64,000 bases of DNA, from the NCBI GenBank assembly GCA_965206645.1, contig CBDBKE010000004.1, positions 1,376,001 to 1,440,000 on the forward strand, given 5' to 3'. Below the pieces are notes generated by a model, which was given only the letters and a program-made list of their open reading frames with translations, was not told the origin of the DNA and ran no database searches. The stretch comes from Terriglobia bacterium. GTDB lineage: Bacteria > Acidobacteriota > Terriglobia > JAJPHL01 > JAPKYU01. Both the position numbers and the translations under genes were made by a program. This document shows positions 60,724-64,000 of the stretch, piece after piece (position 1 is the first letter of the stretch; each line of letters starts with the position of its first letter).

Positions 60724-61275
60724 TCAATCGTCAGTCGTTTCGACCAACATGACCCGCTCGTTCAGATCCACTTCCTCGAGCTTCACTTCGATGATCTCGC
60801 GGTCGCTCGTCTCCACGTACTTGCCGACGTAGCGCGCTTCGATGGGCAGCTCGCGGTGCCCCCGGTCAATCAACGCCAGCAACTGGATGCGGCGCGGTCG
60901 CCCGCGGTCAAACAGGGCGTCGAGCGCGGCGCGCGTGGTCCGGCCGGTGTAGAGCACGTCATCCACCACGATGAGGTCCATGCCGTTGATGGGAAACGAG
61001 ATCTCGGTGGCCTGGACCACCGGCTTCTGATCCACGGTGGAGAGGTCGTCACGGTAGAACGTGATGTCCAGGACACCGACCGGAATCTCGCTCTGCGCGA
61101 GTTGTCGAATCTTATCGGCCAGCCGCCGAGCCAGCGGCACGCCCCGGCGGCGGATGCCGATCAAGGCCAGGTCTTGCAGCGTCTCATTTTTTTCAATGAT
61201 TTCGTGAGCCAGGCGAGTCAGGGTGCGGTCAATCTCGGACCCGCTCATCAGTTGCGCCTTCTCGCGGAGTGCCAT
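60724..61275 (-). CDS. pyrR: Pyrimidine attenuation regulator / uracil phosphoribosyltransferase
   Basis: LDITFYRDD, VDDVLYTGRT, DRGHRELPI. Confidence 0.97.
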   Translation of the reverse strand: MALREKAQLMSGSEIDRTLTRLAHEIIEKNETLQDLALIGIRRRGVPLARRLADKIRQLAQSEIPVGVLDITFYRDDLSTVDQKPVVQATEISFPINGMDLIVVDDVLYTGRTTRAALDALFDRGRPRRIQLLALIDRGHRELPIEARYVGKYVETSDREIIEVKLEEVDLNERVMLVETTDD

Positions 61276-61341
61276 GGCCAGCGCCCGCCATCATACCGGA
61301 CGCCTCAGCCAGCGGCAAGCATTCCCCGGATCCTTCCTCGC

Positions 61342-61450
61342 AACTTGTCGACAATAAGCGGGCCCTCCTGGTGGGAACTGCTGCAAGCGCTCCCAGAAGA
61401 GGGTGCTAAGTCTGTCTGCCTCACGGGTCTGCGCCCGAAGCGAAAGGCAC
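61342..61450 (-). promoter_or_regulatory. Candidate PyrR-binding leader
   Basis: AGACCCGUGAGGCA (61417..61430) matches 12 of 14 positions of ARUCCNGNGAGGYU; followed by a CCCUC...GAGGG hairpin. Confidence 0.6.
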
Positions 61451-61470
61451 GCTGTGCTAGACTGCGGTTG

Positions 61471-63246
61471 ATGCGTCGGCTTCGCGGCACGGTGGGACTG
61501 CTGCTACTGCCGTTGCTACTGCCCCTGCTACTGATTGTCGCGGCGCCGGCCCAGGCCGCCCGCCGGGAGCAGCCGCGTCTGGTCCTGCTGGTGGTTATGG
61601 ACCAGTTCCGACAGGACTATTGGGCACGCTTTGGCTCGGCGTTCTTGAAAGCCGCGCCTTCCGGTGCGGCCGGCCTGAAAACCTCGCTCCCCGGCGCTGG
61701 GGGTAAGAAAGCTGTCTCTCCTGGCACGTCTGTCGTCTCCGGCGGCTTGAACCTTCTCTTGAAGGGTGGGGCGGTCTTCGCGAACTGCCATTACCGCCAT
61801 GCCGTTACACTCACGGCGCCCAGCCACGCTACCCTGGCCACAGGCACCTCCCCCAACGCCCATGGGATCATCGGCAACGGCTGGTTTGACCGCGCTGGGG
61901 GCCGGTACACCACCGCCGGACGCGACCCAGTCACCAAGCTGCTCGGCGCTGAAGCGGCTTCGGCCGGCGCCTCGCCCCGCTGGCTCATCGGCTCCACGCT
62001 GGGCGATGAGTTGCACCGAGCGACGGGTGGCCGGGCACGAGTCATTTCGATTTCCCCTAAGGCCCGCGCGGCGATCTTGCTGGGCGGAAGGCGAGCGACG
62101 GCTGCGTACTGGTTGGACTCCAAAACGTTTCACGCGATCAGCTCCACCTATTACATGAAAGAACTACCGGGCTGGGTGCGGGAGTTCAATCGCCAAAGCT
62201 GGGCCGAGCAGTACGCAGGCAAGCGGTGGACACCGGTGGACGAACCCAACGGGAATCCGTTTCTGACATTTCCCCAAGCGACCAATTCGGCCGAACGGCG
62301 GAGGCTGGCGCATGCGATCCGTTGGTCTCCCTTTCTCACGGAGGTCCAATTCGCGCTGGCTCGGGCCGCAGTGGAGCACGAAGGACTGGGCCGCGGGCCG
62401 GCGACCGACCTGCTGGCCCTCAGCGTTTCGGCCATTGATCTGGTGGGACACGTCTATGGCCCGGATGCCCCCCAGACTCGCGATGCGATCTTGCGCGCCG
62501 ATCGCAATCTCGCCGAGTTCCTGGGGTTTCTGGAGCAACGCATTGGATTGCGCCACGTCTGGATCGCGCTCAGCACCGACCACGGCGTTGCGCCCATACC
62601 TGAGCTAGCTCGTCAGCGAGGTCTGGATGCTGGACGCGTTTCCTACCAGGAGGTAGTACAGAAGGTCGAAACCCGGTTACGCCAGGTTTACGCAGCCAGC
62701 CCGGACAGCAGCTCCGGCGCGGCGAATCCGAAGTGGGTGGTGAACTACTCGGTACCACATCTGTACTTAAACCATGCGCTTGTCCGCAAGCACCGGCTCA
62801 ACCCAGATGAGGTGGCGCGCTGTGCGGCCGAGGCCCTGCTGGAATTGCCGGGCCTGGCAGCCGTATTCACACGCGCGGAGCTGACTGGCTGCCGGCCCGG
62901 GCCGGAACTGTCGGGCAAAGTCTGCCTGTCGTATCATCCGGACCGAGGCGGCGACCTCTACCTGGTTTTCAAGCGGTACTGGATGAACGAACTATCAGCC
63001 ATACCCAAGGGCACGACGCACGGTTCGCCCCATGACTATGACACGCATGTGCCGTTGATTCTCTGGGGCCGCCCTTTCCGCGCAGGCACCTATGAGGCAC
63101 CGGTCTCTCCGGCCGATCTCCCGGTGACACTGGCCGCCGCGCTGGGAATCCGGGCCCCTTCGCTGGCCACCGGCCGCGTCTTGACCAAAGCTCTGAAACG
63201 CGAGACCCGAAATCCGAAATCCGATGAATCCCGACCTGTCCACTGA
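61471..63246 (+). CDS. Secreted alkaline phosphatase superfamily protein (PafA-like)
   Basis: [33 protein letters not shown]. Confidence 0.88.
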   Translation: MRRLRGTVGLLLLPLLLPLLLIVAAPAQAARREQPRLVLLVVMDQFRQDYWARFGSAFLKAAPSGAAGLKTSLPGAGGKKAVSPGTSVVSGGLNLLLKGGAVFANCHYRHAVTLTAPSHATLATGTSPNAHGIIGNGWFDRAGGRYTTAGRDPVTKLLGAEAASAGASPRWLIGSTLGDELHRATGGRARVISISPKARAAILLGGRRATAAYWLDSKTFHAISSTYYMKELPGWVREFNRQSWAEQYAGKRWTPVDEPNGNPFLTFPQATNSAERRRLAHAIRWSPFLTEVQFALARAAVEHEGLGRGPATDLLALSVSAIDLVGHVYGPDAPQTRDAILRADRNLAEFLGFLEQRIGLRHVWIALSTDHGVAPIPELARQRGLDAGRVSYQEVVQKVETRLRQVYAASPDSSSGAANPKWVVNYSVPHLYLNHALVRKHRLNPDEVARCAAEALLELPGLAAVFTRAELTGCRPGPELSGKVCLSYHPDRGGDLYLVFKRYWMNELSAIPKGTTHGSPHDYDTHVPLILWGRPFRAGTYEAPVSPADLPVTLAAALGIRAPSLATGRVLTKALKRETRNPKSDESRPVH

Positions 63247-64000
63247 GATCGCCGGCGTGCGGCTGAAAAACCCGGTGATCGCCGCCAGCGGCACGTTCGC
63301 TTACGGCGTGGAGTTCGCACACCTGGTGGACTTGAACCGGCTCGGCGGGCTGGTGGTGAAGGGGCTCTCGCGCGAGCCAATGGCGGGCCATCCGGCTCCA
63401 CGCCTTCACGAGACTGCTTCGGGAATGCTGAACGCCGTCGGCCTGCAGAACATCGGGGCGGCCGCGTTTATCCGCGAGAAACTGCCGGAGCTGGGCCGCT
63501 GCGACACAGCCGTCTTCGCCAATGTGTTCGGATACGCCACCGAAGATTACGCGGAGGTGATCCGCATCCTGGAGCAGGGGGAAGGGCTGGCCGGCTACGA
63601 GCTGAACGTGTCCTGCCCCAATACCAGGCATGGAGGCATCAGCTTTGGCGCCGACCCGCGGCTGACTCATGAGGTGACTGCGGCGGCGCGGCGGGTCTCC
63701 TCCCGCCCGCTCATCGTCAAGCTCTCGCCGAACGTCACCGACATCACTACCTTTGCCCGGGCGGCGGCCGAGGCCGGCGCCGACGCACTGTCGTTAGTCA
63801 ACACCTTCGTTGGCATGGCTATTGATCTGGCCGAGAGGCGGCCAGTGCTCTCCAACGTGACCGGGGGGCTTTCCGGACCTGCTATCAAACCGATCGCGTT
63901 GCGCATGGTCTATCAGGCCGCCCAAGCCGTGCGCTTGCCCATCATTGGTCTGGGCGGTATTTGGACCGGCCGCGATGCTCTGGAATTTATGGTTGCCGGG
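63224..64000 (+). CDS. pyrD: Dihydroorotate dehydrogenase class 1, runs off the window end
   Basis: Hand translation: [46 protein letters not shown]. Confidence 0.95.
   Translation, partial: MNPDLSTEIAGVRLKNPVIAASGTFAYGVEFAHLVDLNRLGGLVVKGLSREPMAGHPAPRLHETASGMLNAVGLQNIGAAAFIREKLPELGRCDTAVFANVFGYATEDYAEVIRILEQGEGLAGYELNVSCPNTRHGGISFGADPRLTHEVTAAARRVSSRPLIVKLSPNVTDITTFARAAAEAGADALSLVNTFVGMAIDLAERRPVLSNVTGGLSGPAIKPIALRMVYQAAQAVRLPIIGLGGIWTGRDALEFMVAG

Noticed and set aside
60856-61470. Long N-terminal extension of the phosphatase ORF
   Set aside because: It overlaps pyrR on the opposite strand; the signal peptide begins at ATG 61471.
1-64000. tRNA (including selC), rRNA, prophage or defence genes
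   Set aside because: None recognised by eye; a tRNAscan-SE/Infernal run would be needed to exclude small RNAs.

Overview
GC-rich bacterial chromosomal window, by eye about 60-65% GC (not computed). Gene content and order (SpoIVB-S55 peptidase, lolE-lolD-clpC, DUF4139, gatC-gatA-dciA, DUF1501/DUF1549-1553 module) suggest an Acidobacteriota-like genome; this is inference. Most of it is housekeeping (gatA/C, maf, tatA, dacB, hemB/E/H, ppa, msrA/B, lysS, lolD/E, clpC, rlmN, pyrR/B/C/D). One IS3-family element has wrecked an FHA-domain gene. The strongest signal is missed by the ORF track: two divergent genes each read through an in-frame TGA followed by a SECIS-like hairpin. One is a UxxC peroxiredoxin-like selenoprotein (31712..32227, minus). 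The other is the selenocysteine catalytic subunit of an NAD-linked formate dehydrogenase (32437..34395, plus). That FDH alpha chain is split and permuted: its usual N-terminal [4Fe-4S] domain sits at the C-terminus of the last gene in the operon. Other signals: a 6 x 16 bp tandem array in which four copies carry an exact extended -10-like motif, a window-wide pattern of 9-21 bp tandem micro-duplications (in-frame inside genes), heptamer/nonamer palindromic elements that become translated at gene ends, a LysW-like protein without the EDWGE tail, several frameshifted genes and 3'-end gene remnants, and a PyrR-type leader. No rRNA, tRNA or CRISPR array was recognised.
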